DNA of 64,000 nucleotides. It comes from Ranitomeya imitator (lineage: Eukaryota). The notes beneath the pieces were generated by a model that had not been told where the DNA came from, ran no database searches, and saw only the letters and a list, made by a program, of their open reading frames with translations. Of this stretch, positions 12,965-25,945 are shown piece by piece. The position numbers were made by a program, and so were the translations under genes. The stretch lies in NCBI RefSeq assembly GCF_032444005.1, contig NC_091284.1, forward strand, positions 767,498,001-767,562,000. Reading direction: 5' to 3'. How positions within the stretch are numbered: the first letter of the stretch is position 1; every line of letters begins with the position of its first letter.

Positions 12965-13432
12965 CTACGCCATGGCTGACGGACTCTTTACTTTGGGGGA
13001 CAGCGCCTGTTTGAAACGTCGCTTTAAGTCCTGCATGTTTGGTGACTTTGGCCGGGGGATTATGGAGCTTCGCCTCTTCTCGCCGTTGCTGGTGGATTGG
13101 TGTTTGCTGATCTCTTTGCAGAGATGATGGAACACTTCACAAACGTCCTGACAGTTTTCACTAGTGGAAATTTCTACAAACGAGCAGCCCAGTTCGGTGG
13201 CGAGCTGAATCCCGGCTTCGGGAGTGACCTGCCGCACGTGGAGAAGGTCCCCTTTATTGGCCACTATGATGATGGGAGTCTTGGTGTCGGAATGGACTTT
13301 TCGGATGTGCTGGTGGAGGTGACGGATGAACTCGTAGCTCCTGTAGTCTGTGATGGAGTACACCAGGAGGAAGCCTTCTGCTGACTGCACGCACCGCAAC
13401 ATGTCCGCCACCTGGGATATGTCATCGTCCAT
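12965..13432 (-). CDS. RASL11A: RAS-like protein family member 11A, coding exon 4 (last)
   Basis: Acceptor ttttgtgcag|ATG. Encodes [13 protein letters not shown]4 NKGD, EISTSEN and [27 protein letters not shown], matching recalled RASL11A. TAG at 12965-12967. Confidence 0.95.
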   Translation of the reverse strand: MDDDISQVADMLRCVQSAEGFLLVYSITDYRSYEFIRHLHQHIRKVHSDTKTPIIIVANKGDLLHVRQVTPEAGIQLATELGCSFVEISTSENCQDVCEVFHHLCKEISKHQSTSNGEKRRSSIIPRPKSPNMQDLKRRFKQALSPKVKSPSAMA

Positions 13433-14199
13433 CTGCACAAAAGCCACGATACGACTGTTATACACAACTGTAACTATATATAATAATATAATATTAATTG
13501 TTTTAACTATGTTACTATTGTCTTCCTGGAGCAGAACAATATTGTATCATATAATTATTAGGTTCTGTAGAAGGACGTAGATCTGGGGATTTATTATGAT
13601 GGAATATAGGCTGAACTGGATGGACAAATGTCTTTTTTCGGCCTTACTAACTATGTTATATTACAGGCTAGAGAAACAACTGTGAAAATTACCAAAAAGG
13701 CACAAAGTTACTGATAAAGCCGAAATGGGTAAATAACGTAAATAAGCCTGATAATTAGAATTATTCCTCCGAGAAAGGTATGAGCAAACTGGGAATTACC
13801 ATCTCCCCTTATCTAACACATACAGGAGCTGTCAGCAGGACATTGACAATGTCAGACTGTGGCAATATTGACAAGAGAATTGTATCATTTATTGATACAT
13901 TTCCAGGAGGAATAACACAATGAGAAGTTGTAAGAATAGATATTTTATGGCTGATCAGAGCCTGATCTGACTCCAAGTCAAATATTTTATAAATGCTAAA
14001 AAAAATGACTAATATAATATTTTACTCCAGTACACGGATAATATAAAATGCATCTATAACATTGCTACGTTTGCTGATAGTGTAAATGTGAATGCTCACA
14101 ATGCTGAAAATATTGTATCAGTTGCATTCATATCTGCTTATTACTATGGAGTCAGAAGAATTAGTGACTCATTTGTGGGGAACTGACGTGATTCTCTGA

Positions 14200-14524
14200 G
14201 GGTACGTGTCCACGTACAGAATGGCCGGCGGTTTGGACAGAGTGGCAAAATCGCTCCACCCCCTTCTGGGGATGCGATGATGCCGGATGTGTTCATTGCA
14301 CACATCCGGAATCATCGCACCCCACACATAGGGCCCTGTGTTATACCTTGCGGCGGCGCAGCGTCGCCGCAAGGTAAACGGACATGCTGCGATCTAAAAA
14401 GACGCGCCGCATGTCCGGAATCACAGGGCCGCCGGATGCTGTAACATCTGGACGCTGCGTGTCTGACGCTGCGGTTCTATGCAGCGTCAAACACGCAGCG
14501 TTTCCTGAACGTGGAAACATACCC
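14200..14524. mobile_element. PIF/Harbinger-type MITE in RASL11A intron 3
   Basis: TIRs GGGTACGTGTCCACGT / ACGTGGAAACATACCC, flanked by TGA and TAA. Confidence 0.7.
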
Positions 14525-14614
14525 TAACATGAGACAGATTTTAGGGGGGCAGGAGATGAAGCAATGACTGCCTGCATAACAAAGGAAATGAGCATCTGAA
14601 AATTAGGCTTATAA

Positions 14615-14990
14615 GGGGCTTTCATATAACGTTTAGGGACACACTCGGTGGTCCCGTCGGGGCTTACGTCCAAACTTTTGTATTGTATTTGCAGATGGGG
14701 CCATAGACTGTAATGGTGCTGGGAGAGCAACGTGCACTGTGTCGTGCTTCATTTTTGGGTGCATATGTCACTGGGGGTGGACACTCAGACATAGTAGACC
14801 GGAGAATCCACCTGCAGCAGATGTACACTTCCAAACATGATGCACGGCCGGGTGCAAGTTCGCTCTCCCAGCACCATTACAGTCTATGGCCCCATTGGTG
14901 CATATGTCCGGATCCCGTTTTGTGGGGGTTTCTGACTTATGCCCCCATGTGGCCACCGAGCATGTCCTTAAACGTAATGTGAAAGCACCC
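14615..14990. mobile_element. Palindromic Harbinger-type MITE in RASL11A intron 3
   Basis: Ends GGGGCTTTCATATAACG / CGTAATGTGAAAGCACCC, with internal inverted arms GGGCCATAGACTGTAATGGTGCTGGGAGAGC. Confidence 0.6.
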
Positions 14991-15096
14991 GAATAGTAGT
15001 GGTCTCCACCCAGAAATTGTCCTGCGGATACAGAACTACAACTCCCAGGGTAGACACTGCTGTTCTAGTGAGCGAGGATATATTAAGGATCTCTAC

Positions 15097-15176
15097 CTTG
15101 ACATAACCGGGGGTGTCCTGGATCTGCACGGACATGTGTTCACCGTCTACACTCACGAGTCTGGAGTAGAGGTTTC
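15097..15176 (-). CDS. RASL11A: RASL11A coding exon 3 (80 bp)
   Basis: taatcag|GA AAC CTC TAC TCC AGA ... CAG ATC CAG GAC ACC CCC GGT TAT GTC AAG|gtagag. Encodes (G)NLYSRLVSVDGEHMSVQIQDTPGYVK (G3 motif DTPG). Confidence 0.95.
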
Positions 15177-15355
15177 CTGATTAAGAAGACAGAAATATGT
15201 TAAGGATGTCAGGTCTGAGCAGAATCGATGTTACAGAAGGTTTGTCATGGGAGCAAAACATGATCCTTCTGTTCCTGGCCCCAACCAAGACTCGCAGACG
15301 TCATACAGCAAGCGGTGAGATCCTACAGGGCAAGTGTCAGGAGACTACAGATCTA

Positions 15356-15681
15356 GGGGCTAGTTAATGTCCTGAAGGGGCTAGTTAATGTCCTGTAGGG
15401 GCTAGTTAATGTCCTGTATGGGCTAGTTAATGTCCTCTAGGGGCTAGTTAATGTCTTGTAGGGGCTAGTTAATGTCCTGTAGGGGCTAGTTAATGTCCTG
15501 TAGGGGCTAGTTAATGTCCTCTAGGGGCTAGTTAGTGTCCTCTAGGGGCTAGTTAGTGTCCTCTAGGGGCTAGTTAGTGTCCTCTAGGGGCTAGTTAATG
15601 TTCTCTAGGGGTTAGTTAATGTCCTCTAGGGGCTAGTTAGTGTCCTCTAGGGGTTAATGTCCTCTAGGGGCTAGTTAATGT
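15356..15681. repeat. 21-bp minisatellite in RASL11A intron 2
   Basis: Unit GGGGCTAGTTAATGTCCTCTA, about 15 copies. Confidence 0.92.
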
Positions 15682-15953
15682 TTGACATAAAGAATTCCCA
15701 TAGACTCATTCATTGAGATTTATCAATTCCATGATATAATTCTGTGTTATTACATTGAAAAATGTCCACATCTGACCCCCCGAGGTGTAATATTCAGATG
15801 GTGCCAGAAAAAGTGGAATCATTTATTGTTTTTTTCCTCCCCCGTTGTCTACCTGGCTCAAGTGCATGGAGTGGGGTCAGAATTGGTAGACGGAGATGAA
15901 TCGTGCTGCGTCTCCCAAAATAACATTGTGTCCATTATTCACAGTGAACTTAC

Positions 15954-16010
15954 CAGTATTTGTCTCATAGTCTCCAATAAATCGTTTTGTCAGGAAGCGG
16001 ACGATCATCG
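15954..16010 (-). CDS. RASL11A: RASL11A coding exon 2 (57 bp)
   Basis: cttccag|CG ATG ATC GTC CGC TTC CTG ACA AAA CGA TTT ATT GGA GAC TAT GAG ACA AAT ACT G|gtaagt. Encodes (A)MIVRFLTKRFIGDYETNT. Confidence 0.96.
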
Positions 16011-16494
16011 CTGGAAGAAGAATAAAGACTTTTGTTAGTAACGGACTTCATGGATGAAGGAAGCAAAGCAAGAAGATTTAGCGACTAAAAAAGGGGGAGC
16101 CGGGAAAAGGTAAAGATATAAGTGCACAGAAGGCATAGTGATAATCCAAAATATTTATCACGTAAAACGTTACAATTCGGACATAAGGGAGCAAAGCCAG
16201 CGCCCATGGAGGTGCCTGTAACCGATGATACAAGGGGACCAGCAATGGGCTAGATGGTGTAAAATTCAGGGGCTGACTAGAAGCCAAAATGACTATTTAA
16301 TGGGCTGAGTATCTGAGTTTTCCTAACCATCAAACTATTCAAAAAGTTAGCACCCCTAAGATCACTGTCTTCCAGAATCTACAAAAAAATTTTTGACTAC
16401 TTATTAAGAAAAACTTTTTGGACTTGGAAACAGTATCAGAGGTAATAATTACAATGTGATGTCATATGTTATGTAATATTTGTATGCTGATGCA

Positions 16495-16805
16495 TTATTT
16501 GAAGTATTTAATAATAAATGATAATAATACAATAGTAATATTAAAGTAATAAATAATATTAAGTAATAATTAAATATGCAAAAATAATAATAAAAGCTAA
16601 TAAAATAATAGTAACACTAAAATAATAACAATAAGTAATGACATAATAAGTAATAATAATAAAACGAAAGATTAATAAGTAATAATAAATAGTATAATAA
16701 TAAATAATAATAATACCATAAGTAATAAATAGTATAATAATAAATAAGTAATAGTAAAATAAAGAATAATAATAAAACAATAATAATAGAATAGTAGTAA
16801 ATGTA
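16495..16805. repeat. Degenerate (AAT)n low-complexity tract
   Basis: Nearly pure A/T sequence built from AAT/AATA units. Confidence 0.85.
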
Positions 16806-17056
16806 ATTGTTTCGTCACAGTTTATTGTTTGTATGTTATTATAAGGTGAGGGGCTTCTATTAGTCACAGATGAGGACTTAGTAACTATGTTTGGTTTGGG
16901 GTCTGATCATGGCCAGATCCGATTGCTTTTCCCTTTTTTCCTACACTGGATCCATTCCCTAGGTCTCCGCTGCAGCTCTTATGTCTGAACTGGTCCTATA
17001 GTTCCAAAAAAAAAGGAGTAATTGTCATCCGCAGAAATCACTGCCAGGGTCCTCTC

Positions 17057-17490
17057 TTGGCTACCAAGTGACAGCTCGGGGCTACCAGGTGACAGCTCGG
17101 GGCTACCAGGTGACAGCTCGGGGCTACCAGGTGACAGCCTGGGACTACCAGGCGACAGCTCGGGGCTACCAGGCGACAGCTCGGGGCAACCAGGCGACAG
17201 CTCGGGGCTACCAGGCGACAGCTCGGGACTACCAGGTGACAGCTCGGGGCTACCAGGCGACAGCTCGGGACTACCAGGCGACAGCTCGGGGCTAGCTGGT
17301 GACAGCTCGGGGCTACCAGGCGACAGCTCGGGGCTAGCTGGTGACAGCTCGGGGCTACCAGGCGACAGCAAGGGACTACCAGGCGACAGCTCGGGGCTAC
17401 CAGGCGACAGCTTGGGGCTAGCTGGTGACAGCTCGGGGCTACCAGGCGACAGCAAGGGACTACCAGGCGACAGCTCGGGGCTAGCTGGTG
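17057..17490. repeat. 21-bp minisatellite in RASL11A intron 1
   Basis: Unit GGGGCTACCAGGCGACAGCTC, about 20 copies; source of the SPELSPG/DSSGLPG ORFs. Confidence 0.92.
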
Positions 17491-17603
17491 CTACTTTGGC
17501 TGCAGAACATCCTTGGAACAGGATCCAATATATTGGTTTTGATTGTTATAATCAGGATTAATGACAAGTTACTGACAATGTGGCGCCCCCCCAGGACACT
17601 CAC

Positions 17604-17724
17604 CAGTCTTGCCCACGCTGCTTGCCCCCATCACAGCCATTTTAATATCCCGGACAGTGAAATAGTCCGCAGACTCCGGAATTGGCGCAAGTAGGAAGTT
17701 GCTGGACATGGTCGGTAGACGCAT
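17604..17724 (-). CDS. RASL11A: RASL11A coding exon 1 (121 bp)
   Basis: ATG at 17724; MRLPTMSSNFLLAPIPESADYFTVRDIKMAVMGASSVGKT (P-loop), then G|gtgagt. Exons 121+57+80+468 = 726 nt = 241 aa plus stop, in frame. Confidence 0.95.
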
Positions 17725-18200
17725 CAGAGACGCAGGGTAATGTCCGGTCACACAGCGGTGGTCATCCAAGAGTCGCAGTGCGGTTCCTGCAGCCGGTCCG
17801 GGCAGTGTGTGGATGGGTCGCTGTGGTCTGCAGCACTGTGCGGCTCTCCGCGCCTTATATACCGGCTCAGCCCCAGCAGCCGCCGCGGTGCTGCCAGGAA
17901 AGGCGATGAGGGCGGCCCGGGGGACGGCGCACACCACGCGGCATGACGCGCTCCCCGCTGCTGTCATAGGACGGGGGAGCCGAGGGACAATGCCGGCGAC
18001 CCTGCGCCCCCAGTGCGGGGAGTGGGCTGCGCGGCATCATGTGCCCCCTCCATGGAGAGGAAGGACGGGGCTTCCACCACAACAGCCATGAGCACGGGCT
18101 GCCCCCGGGCTTCCTGCACAAGCCATGGACGCTGCACATACAGGCAGTGATGGTCTGTGTCCTGTGTGCACGGGGGCTTATGGCTGGAGACCCTCCTGCT
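17725..18200 (-). promoter_or_regulatory. RASL11A CpG-rich promoter with TATA box
   Basis: CpG-dense region; TATATAA on the minus strand at 17855-17861, about 130 nt upstream of the ATG. Confidence 0.7.
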
Positions 18201-18556
18201 GTAGCCCTATAGGTGCCCATTGGGGTACACCCCTACACAGCCCCCCAATGTATGGCGCCATATATCCAGCCGAGAGGAGCCTACAGCTATAGGACAGGGT
18301 TGTGCGTCTCACATCTGCAGCCCCTCATCCATCACTGGAATGGGGGGGTCCCATGATAAATGGCGCTGTAGGGAACGTGCGACCACCGCTGGTCCATTCA
18401 CTGGCTGTAGCAGTGGTCTCATGGATACGTACAACCGCGCCAGTCACACAGAGACCCCCACACAGTGCACCACAGCCTGCCCACCTCAGAGGCCACAGTG
18501 CCTGCAATGGCCGGAGGAGTCCTGGGCGACAAGGAGGAGGGTACAAAATACAGACA

Positions 18557-18785
18557 GGGGCCATGGCGGCTCAGTGACCTCACAGCGCTGGGGTCCTGGA
18601 ATCAAATCCCACCAAGGACAACATCTGCAGGGAGCCTGTATGTTCTCCCCATGGTTCCTCCGGGTTCTCCGCTTTCCTCCCACACTCCAGAGACCATAGT
18701 GATAGGGAATGTAGATTGTGAGCCCCAATGGGGAGAGTGACGATGTCTGTAAACGCTGTGGAATTAATGGCGCTATGTGATAAGA
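18557..18785 (+). mobile_element. V-SINE copy (degenerate)
   Basis: tRNA-like head, V-domain-like GGTTCCTCCGGGTTCTCCGCTTTCCTCCCAC, and LINE-like tail; homologous to 31056-31335. Confidence 0.75.
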
Positions 18786-19410
18786 CATGTACCACCCAAT
18801 CCATGGGGACAGCGCTCACAGCGAGACTCTGATGTGCTGGAAGCCCGATCCAGAGCTAGAACCTCCAGAGTCACATCGTGGGATAAAGGAGGATGAGGAG
18901 TCAGCCCCCAGGCAGGACCATTACGTTCCCATCAGTCATCGAGCACGTCTCCGTCCGCTAAGTGCACAATGGACCCTCGTAAAGTACAGCAGCAGGAAAA
19001 GCCCCCCGGGGTAACCACAACACTGCGGTGCTGTACAGAGCTGGATATTCATTATACCCCCCTCACAGTGCACATTTTGGTTACATTTCTGCCCCTGACC
19101 TGATATTACATTTGGTTGGTCAGTGATTGAGGCCCCTTATACCTGAGCCGCAGGAGCCAAGCGTCACATCCAGCAGTGGGACCCTCACTGGGTGGTCCGC
19201 ACCGCCATATCCACCGCTGTCTGGTGGGAACAGCTTCACGAGGAGGAAACCATTAAAATCTGGACACTTCCTTGAAGACTCGGGTCACACATCAGGTTTG
19301 TATACACAAGTAATTCGGTGTTTTATCGGCCCCCATTCACAGTTGGCATTAAGAAAAAAATAAAGAGCAGTTCTAGCCCTGCTCCTGTGCAATGCTGCTG
19401 CGGATTCTTA

Positions 19411-19805
19411 GGGTACCGTCACACTCGGCGACGCTGCAGCGATATAGACAATGAGCCGATCGCTGCAGCGTCGCTGTTTAGGTCGCTGTAGAGACGTCAA
19501 ACACAGCAACTCCAGAACGATGCAGGAGCGATCCAGTGACGTAACGGCGACTCACTTATCGTTCTCGCTGGTTGTTAGCTCCATGTAAAACGTTGCTGGC
19601 GTCGTTGCTTTTGATGTCAAACACGACGATACACGCCGACCTGACGACCAAATAAAGTTCTGGACTTCTAGCTCCGACCAGCGATGGCACAGCGGGATCC
19701 AGATCGCTGCTGCGTGTCAAACACAACGAGATCGCTATCCAGGACGCTGCAACGTCACAGATCGCTATCGTTCTCTTTGCGAAGTTGCTGAGTGTGAAGG
19801 TACCT
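19411..19805. mobile_element. PIF/Harbinger-type MITE
   Basis: TTA|GGGTACCGTCACACT ... AGTGTGAAGGTACCT|TTA (3-bp TSD). Confidence 0.8.
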
Positions 19806-21487
19806 TTACCTTCGACTTCACCCTGGCAATGTAATGGGGAATTACACGATAATGGCAGCACAGACGTCCACAAGTTTTATGCCATAAACTCTACATAAAG
19901 GGCCCTGCAAGCTATAGATACTACCATTCACCAATGTACATTGCAATACTTTCCACACTCACCCTGATGCAAACAGTTCAGGCAATAAAATATTAAACAA
20001 AGTTTCCAATATCTGCATTTACTATTGTGCACCAATGCAAGATCCTTAAAGCAGCCTCCGGCCCAGACACAACCGCACCGGCTATTGATCCCCAATGTGG
20101 ACCATGCCTCTACAGATCAGAGCTGCAGAAATTGTTGTTATCTATGTCCAGGGAAGATGTGATGGAGACTTTCCACTGCAGCGCAAAACACTTAAGAACG
20201 GCAGCAGTGGTTATCCAAAGCAGGATTGTCTGTACTGGTAACATACAGAGATCGTGCATCTACATTGGAGGATCACTTGAGCTACGAACATTAGATAGCC
20301 CTCAGCTAAAGTGCAGTCATTTCTCTTTGTAACTGCGGTTAGATTGTGGTACTTACACACACACACTTGGCTTACGTGTATTTAATGCATCTTAAACTAC
20401 AGACACTAGTACAAGGCAGTGTTAAAAATTGGAAGCTTTTATTTGGCAATTTACTTCAATCATTACAGAGGACCCATCTCTGATGTTCGGTGACAGCAGC
20501 TATTGGTGGACAGTAAAAAAAAAAAATTGAGTTAAAGGCCATTTAAATGTGACGGGCTGCAGTACAGGATTTCATCACATGGTGGCAGCAGGGAGCAGGC
20601 TGGATCCGATCCTTGGAGAGCAGTTCCATCCATCCACTTCTCTGCAGATCAGCGCACTGCACAGGCCTCGGCGTCACATCGTGCGTCTGCCATTAAATGC
20701 CATCATATCCATTACAAGGGCAGCATATTTGTTTTTACTTATTACAAGTGTTTCTTTGTTAACTAAACCTGTGTAAATATGGTAATATACTCACCAGTTG
20801 CAGTCTCCAGCCCTGCTCTTCGCATTCATTCTCACCTTCGGCTTTGTGTGAGCCACAAGTGGTTTGTTTTGTACAATGCAAGTCAATGGCGTGTGAGAAT
20901 AGGGCTCTGTAGACTTACATTGTCCGGCCACGGTCAGTATTTATAAGCCAAAACCAGGAGAGGAACAATCAGAGGAAAAAGTATAATAGAAACCAGTCAC
21001 CACTTCTGGATTTATCACCCACTATTCACATGGGAATAGCCAGTGACTGTAGCATTTCTGCAGAAACTTATTAAGCATTTGGAATCGATGTTAGACCCTG
21101 TTCACATTTGTAAGTTTACGTCTTTCATTTGCATTGACAGATGCTCGGCAAGTATCCTTCTAGCTGACACTTGGCTATAAAGAGACAAAGGCCATGCTAC
21201 TCCATCTGGCTATAAAACGGTATAAATTACAATGATCCTTTTAAACAGAAGTCTAGCTGATTGTTCCTACCGTATGGCATCAGCTGATCCCAGTATATCT
21301 TTGGATCTGTTAATAGGCCCTTACAGGATAATTCCCATCCCAGCCTTTCGTGGCCAAGACAGATATTGCTTTATGCACGCTCTGCCTGCCGGAGGTGAGG
21401 TTACATAAGTATACCACAGATAGTTAGAAGGGGTTGCCCAGCACTTTCATATTGATGGCCTATATTTATAAAACACCACTTTCTTAA

Positions 21488-22747
21488 CCCCTTCATGAGC
21501 CCAGCTTTTTTTCTGTTTTGCGTTTTCGTTTTTCACTTCCCTCCTTCTCACAGCCATAATTTTTTTATTTTTCCGTCAATATGACCATGTGAGGGCTTAT
21601 TTTTTGCAGGACGCATTGTACTTTTGAACGACATCATTGGTTTTGCCATGTCGTGTACTAGAAAAGGAAAAAAAAAATTCCAAGTGCTGTGAAATTGAAA
21701 AAAAAAAAAGAAGTGCAATCCCACATCGTTTTTGCTTGGCTTTTATGCTAGGTTCACTAAATGCTAAAACTGACCTGTCATTATGATTCTCCAGGTCACT
21801 ACAAGTTCATAGACACCAAACATGTCTAGGTTCTTTTTTTGTCTAAGTGGTAAAAAAATTCCAATCTTTGCTGAAAAAAAAAAAAAAAAAAAAAATAGTG
21901 CAATTTTCCGATACCTGATGCGTCTCCAATTTTCATGATCTGGGGTTGGGCCAAGCTGACGTTTTTAATGATACCATTTTGGTGCATATATGTTCTTTTG
22001 ATCGCCCGTAATTGCACTTTAATGCATTGTCGCGGCGACCAAAAAAAACAAACCTAAATCTGGCGTTTCAAATTGTTTTCTCGCTACGCTGTTTAACCTG
22101 ATCGCTAATCTTTTTTTTTTTTTATTGATAGATCGGGCGATTCTGAACACGGCGATACCAAATATGTGTATATATACATTTTTTTATTTTGAATAGGGCG
22201 AAAGGGGGGGGTGATTTAAACTTTTGTATTTTTTAAATTTTGTATTTTTAAAAATAAAAATTATTATTATATTTAAAACATTTTTTTCTTCTTTTGCCAT
22301 GCTTCAATAGCCTCACACAACTCTATTGGCTCTGCCACAGAGGAGCGATGCTTAGATCGCTCCTATGTAGAATTGTTGCATTGCTATGAGCGCCGACCAC
22401 AGGGTGGCGCTCCCAGCAATCCGGCATTAACAACTATAGAGGTCTCAAGGAGACCCCCCTGGTTGTTATGCCGACGCATCGCTGACCCCCAATCATGTGA
22501 CGGGGTCAGCAATCGCTCATTTTCGGCCTGATGGCCGGAAGCACTAGTTAAACGCAGCTGTCCGCGTTTAACAGCAGCATATAACTAGTTAATATGGCGG
22601 GTGGATCGAGATTCCACCCGCCGCTATTGCGGGCACATGTGAGCTGTACAAAACAGCTGACATGTCCCGGCTTTGATGCAGGCTCACCACCGGAGGCCGC
22701 ATCAAAGCAGGACATCTGACCTCGGATGTACTATCCTGTCCGAGGGG
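21488..22747. mobile_element. Non-autonomous piggyBac-like element
   Basis: TTAA|CCCCT ... AGGGG|TTAA with no ORF. Internal sequence is related to the partial copy near 63840-63960. Confidence 0.75.
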
Positions 22748-23096
22748 TTAATCACCTCCATTGCCAGTTGCAAGAGGTGAATGGAGCGGACCATCACAGA
22801 TCAGTGCGGATATGTCAGACATTTCTGCAGTTCTCCTTCGTTAAGATAGTCGTCAGCATGCACTCCTGCTTGTCTTGGCCATAATCTGGAGTCCTGGAAA
22901 TGGACTCAGATTATGTTCTTTGATCAATCATCCACCTTTAAAAACAGCCATAAGAAGCTGATGCCATATGCATCCTAACAAGCCCCTCTGCAGCTTCATT
23001 CTAGACCGCACCAAGGATAACATCTCATATGTAAGAGGACAGCGTTAACCATGCAACAAAGGACCAGACACTCATTGGCTTCCAAAAAGAAGAAAG

Positions 23097-23102
23097 TTTA
23101 AT
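23097..23102 (-). terminator. RPL21 polyadenylation signal ATTAAA
   Basis: ATTAAA on the minus strand about 10 nt after the stop codon; the very short 3'UTR is typical of RP genes. Confidence 0.7.
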
Positions 23103-23111
23103 TGTGACACC

Positions 23112-23349
<238 letters not shown>

Positions 23350-23398
23350 GTCACGCTGGTCTGGTCAGTCTGGTCACCGAGGACGAGTAGATACATAC

Positions 23399-23549
23399 CT
23401 GACGCTTCAGTTCCACAAACACGCCAGTCTCCTTGGCTTCCTTTTTCTTCCTCTCGTTCTCCTTCACGCGCTGCAGGAAGCTGTCTCTGCTCTTGGAGTG
23501 ACGGATGTGCTCCACGCGGACATTGATTCTTTTGGCAAGGATCTTACCC
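23399..23549 (-). CDS. RPL21: RPL21 exon 5 (151 bp)
   Basis: cttacag|G GGT AAG ... CGT CAG|gtatgt; [50 protein letters not shown]. Confidence 0.97.
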
Positions 23550-23684
23550 CTGTAAGAAAAAGTCAAGCTTTACTGTACTGGCTTCATAAACTAAAATGAG
23601 GAGTATGGAAAGTCAACCTGCAGATCTATCCTGGACCAACACATTGTAAACAGGGATACACTCGGTCAACAGGGTCATTTATTT

Positions 23685-24300
23685 AAAGATAATCTGCCAG
23701 TAGGATCAACCTCCTAAGGCGGCTATGTGGGCACACAGGTCATAGGAAGCTGAATAAAATGATACCTTGATATCTGCGGTTTGATGTCTTATTCCATAGA
23801 AATCCACATTTTTCTCTTTTATATGCCTGGAAGATAACTCTGCCTCCAGAGCTTGTTTTTACATGAAGGGCAGCTACCAGTGTGAGACAACCAACACAGA
23901 ACAGGAGAAATTACGGTAACTTTGTCTTCCAGCAAACACATTTTTTGGAGCTCTCCTGTATTGCAGCCATATTGCAACCCTGTCTGCCTGTGAGATGGAA
24001 GCTGAGAGGAACCTGCAGATGTGTCCGGTATAAATCACACACAGCTCTGCAGTGAGATCAGGAGAGCGGCCATTACACATCACACTGGTAACTCCCCCTA
24101 CATAAAAAATAATCTCTGGAGGCAGAGTAATCTTTTAGGCAGCGTCCTCCTCAGAGCCTGGAAGAGGTCATTTACATAAGATAAAAGATGAATTCATTAA
24201 CAAGGCATCTGATATGAGGCATACAGGGATGACCTTCTTCAGCAGTCTATATCCTGTATGCCCATATTAATAGTCAAATGTGGTGACAGATTCCCTTTAA
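23685..24300. mobile_element. T2/Kolobok-type MITE in RPL21 intron 4
   Basis: Right end TGACAGATTCCCT|TTAA; diverged left end TTAAAGATAATCTGCCA; internal inverted segments. Confidence 0.55.
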
Positions 24301-25094
24301 CAGCGACCCTATCAAGATAGTGTCCTCCATACAATGTACAGGACTGATCAGCATCCATCTACAGGGCTCATTGGGCCAAAATCCGCAGTTAGGATGCCTT
24401 CACAAGTGTCCAACGGCAGCAGTTTTTTGCCATCATTTACACATGTCCTACTTTAGGGCAGATCAGTGATCTGCATGTGGCCAAATATCAGACGTTTCAG
24501 CTTTACACTGTAGATCAGCATCTACAAGGTCCATGCAAGTGGAAATACCTTATAAAAGGTTCAGTTCACAGGACCCGGTCCAGCTGCCATGTCAGTAACT
24601 GTGGCAGTCGGACAAGAGCCCAGCGATCCAGCTCCCACCTGCGGCTCTTTTTTTGATTAGCCATCCTGGCAAGATGACATGTGCAACCATAACGTACCAG
24701 GTCGGCTATCAAAACATCTGAGGAAGCGGTGATATAGGCGGTTTTCTGGGCTCCTGACCTGCGGCCTAATTAGTAATGTGGCCACTGGATGGGTTCCGGC
24801 AAATAAAGTCACATCACCTCTAATTACAAGGAGACAAGTTCAATGGCGAGTCCTCGATAATGTGCATGGACAGATCAGATTTACTAGTGCCCTGGATAGT
24901 ATGGGGGTGTGCCAACATGGGTCCCCCAATAAAGAGTCCAATACCAAGCACCATAAATCTAGTAGTTGGACAGATCGCTCTATAACATGGAGGGCATTTT
25001 ACTGGCACAGTATCTCCAATGTGCACAGGATGCCCCCTATAGTAGCAGCCCACTATACCGGCTATCTACATAATGTCCCTAATGCCTCGCACAC

Positions 25095-25228
25095 AGCTGT
25101 CTCCTCTGACAGGACACAAGCAGAACACAAGAGGATTTTGCTTGGGTTTTAAGGAGGAGGTTTTCTGTCGCCCCGATGAATGACCAATCCAGATACATAC
25201 AGATCCAACTGGTAAAGTGAAAGGGCTC
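25095..25228 (-). ncRNA. SNORA27: SNORA27-like box H/ACA snoRNA in RPL21 intron 4
   Basis: Minus strand CCCTTTCACTTTACCAGTTGGA...ATTGGTCATTCA..GGGGCG, hinge ACAGAA (ANANNA), second hairpin ending TCCTGTCAGAGGAG, and ACA three nt from the 3' end. Closely resembles recalled human SNORA27, which shares this host gene. Confidence 0.85.
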
Positions 25229-25256
25229 GAGCACTCGTCACGTCACCGGCACTTAC

Positions 25257-25369
25257 TTGATTTGCTTGTTCACAATTATACCCACAGCGTGCTGGGTCAC
25301 ATTGTAGATACGGCCGGTCTTGCCATGGTAACATTTATGTGGCATGCCCTTTTGGATGGTGCCCATACC
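25257..25369 (-). CDS. RPL21: RPL21 exon 4 (113 bp)
   Basis: tttgcag|GGT ATG GGC ... ATC AA|gtaagt; [38 protein letters not shown]. Confidence 0.97.
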
Positions 25370-25865
25370 CTGCAAACAAATGTAAAGAATGGCAATGAGG
25401 GGTTATATTCATACATCACTGCACGTTCCCCTCATGTCTGCTGTAAAGGTCGGACCCCGGTTTCTATGCGAGGCTTTTAGAAGGTATTACTGCTCAGATT
25501 GCCCCCACTAACATTCCATCAGTGGCATAGCTGAGGTTTATTTTTGTAGTGGCGACATGACGTACATACATGTCACATCAGGTAAACCAAGAAGTGTGGT
25601 GGTGGGTCAATTCCTGCAGCTAGTTTTACTACATTTTTGGACGACCGAGAAAACTAAAGTTGCTAAAACTATAATTAATTAGAAAGTTGCATAACGTTTC
25701 ATTATAGAAATATTTTAAGCCCCACTTCTCATTTCCAAGATCTAGGTCTTGATCTTATCACTGAATAGAAAACTTCAGGCCGAAAGTCTCATTAGCCCGA
25801 GGGGCCAACACTGATGTGACCTTAAATACTCCCATCATGTGAAAAAAAAAAAAAAAAAAAAGTCT

Positions 25866-25945
25866 GTGCTCTCAGAACCGGTGAAATAATTGACTCACAT
25901 TTACTTAAAAAGCAAATAGTTTGGATATAGGTCATCATAGAGCAC
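25866..25945 (-). ncRNA. SNORD102: SNORD102-like box C/D snoRNA, copy in RPL21 intron 3
   Basis: GTGCTCT-ATGATGA ... ATTTCACCGGTT-CTGA-GAGCAC, with a perfect terminal stem. Confidence 0.85.

Noticed and set aside
16979-17561. SPELSPG and DSSGLPG repeat ORFs
   Set aside because: 21-bp minisatellite inside RASL11A intron 1; no independent coding evidence.
17725-17967. N-terminal extension of RASL11A suggested by ORF 17569..17967
   Set aside because: The upstream ATG lies beyond the TATA box, and homology to known RASL11A starts at 17724.
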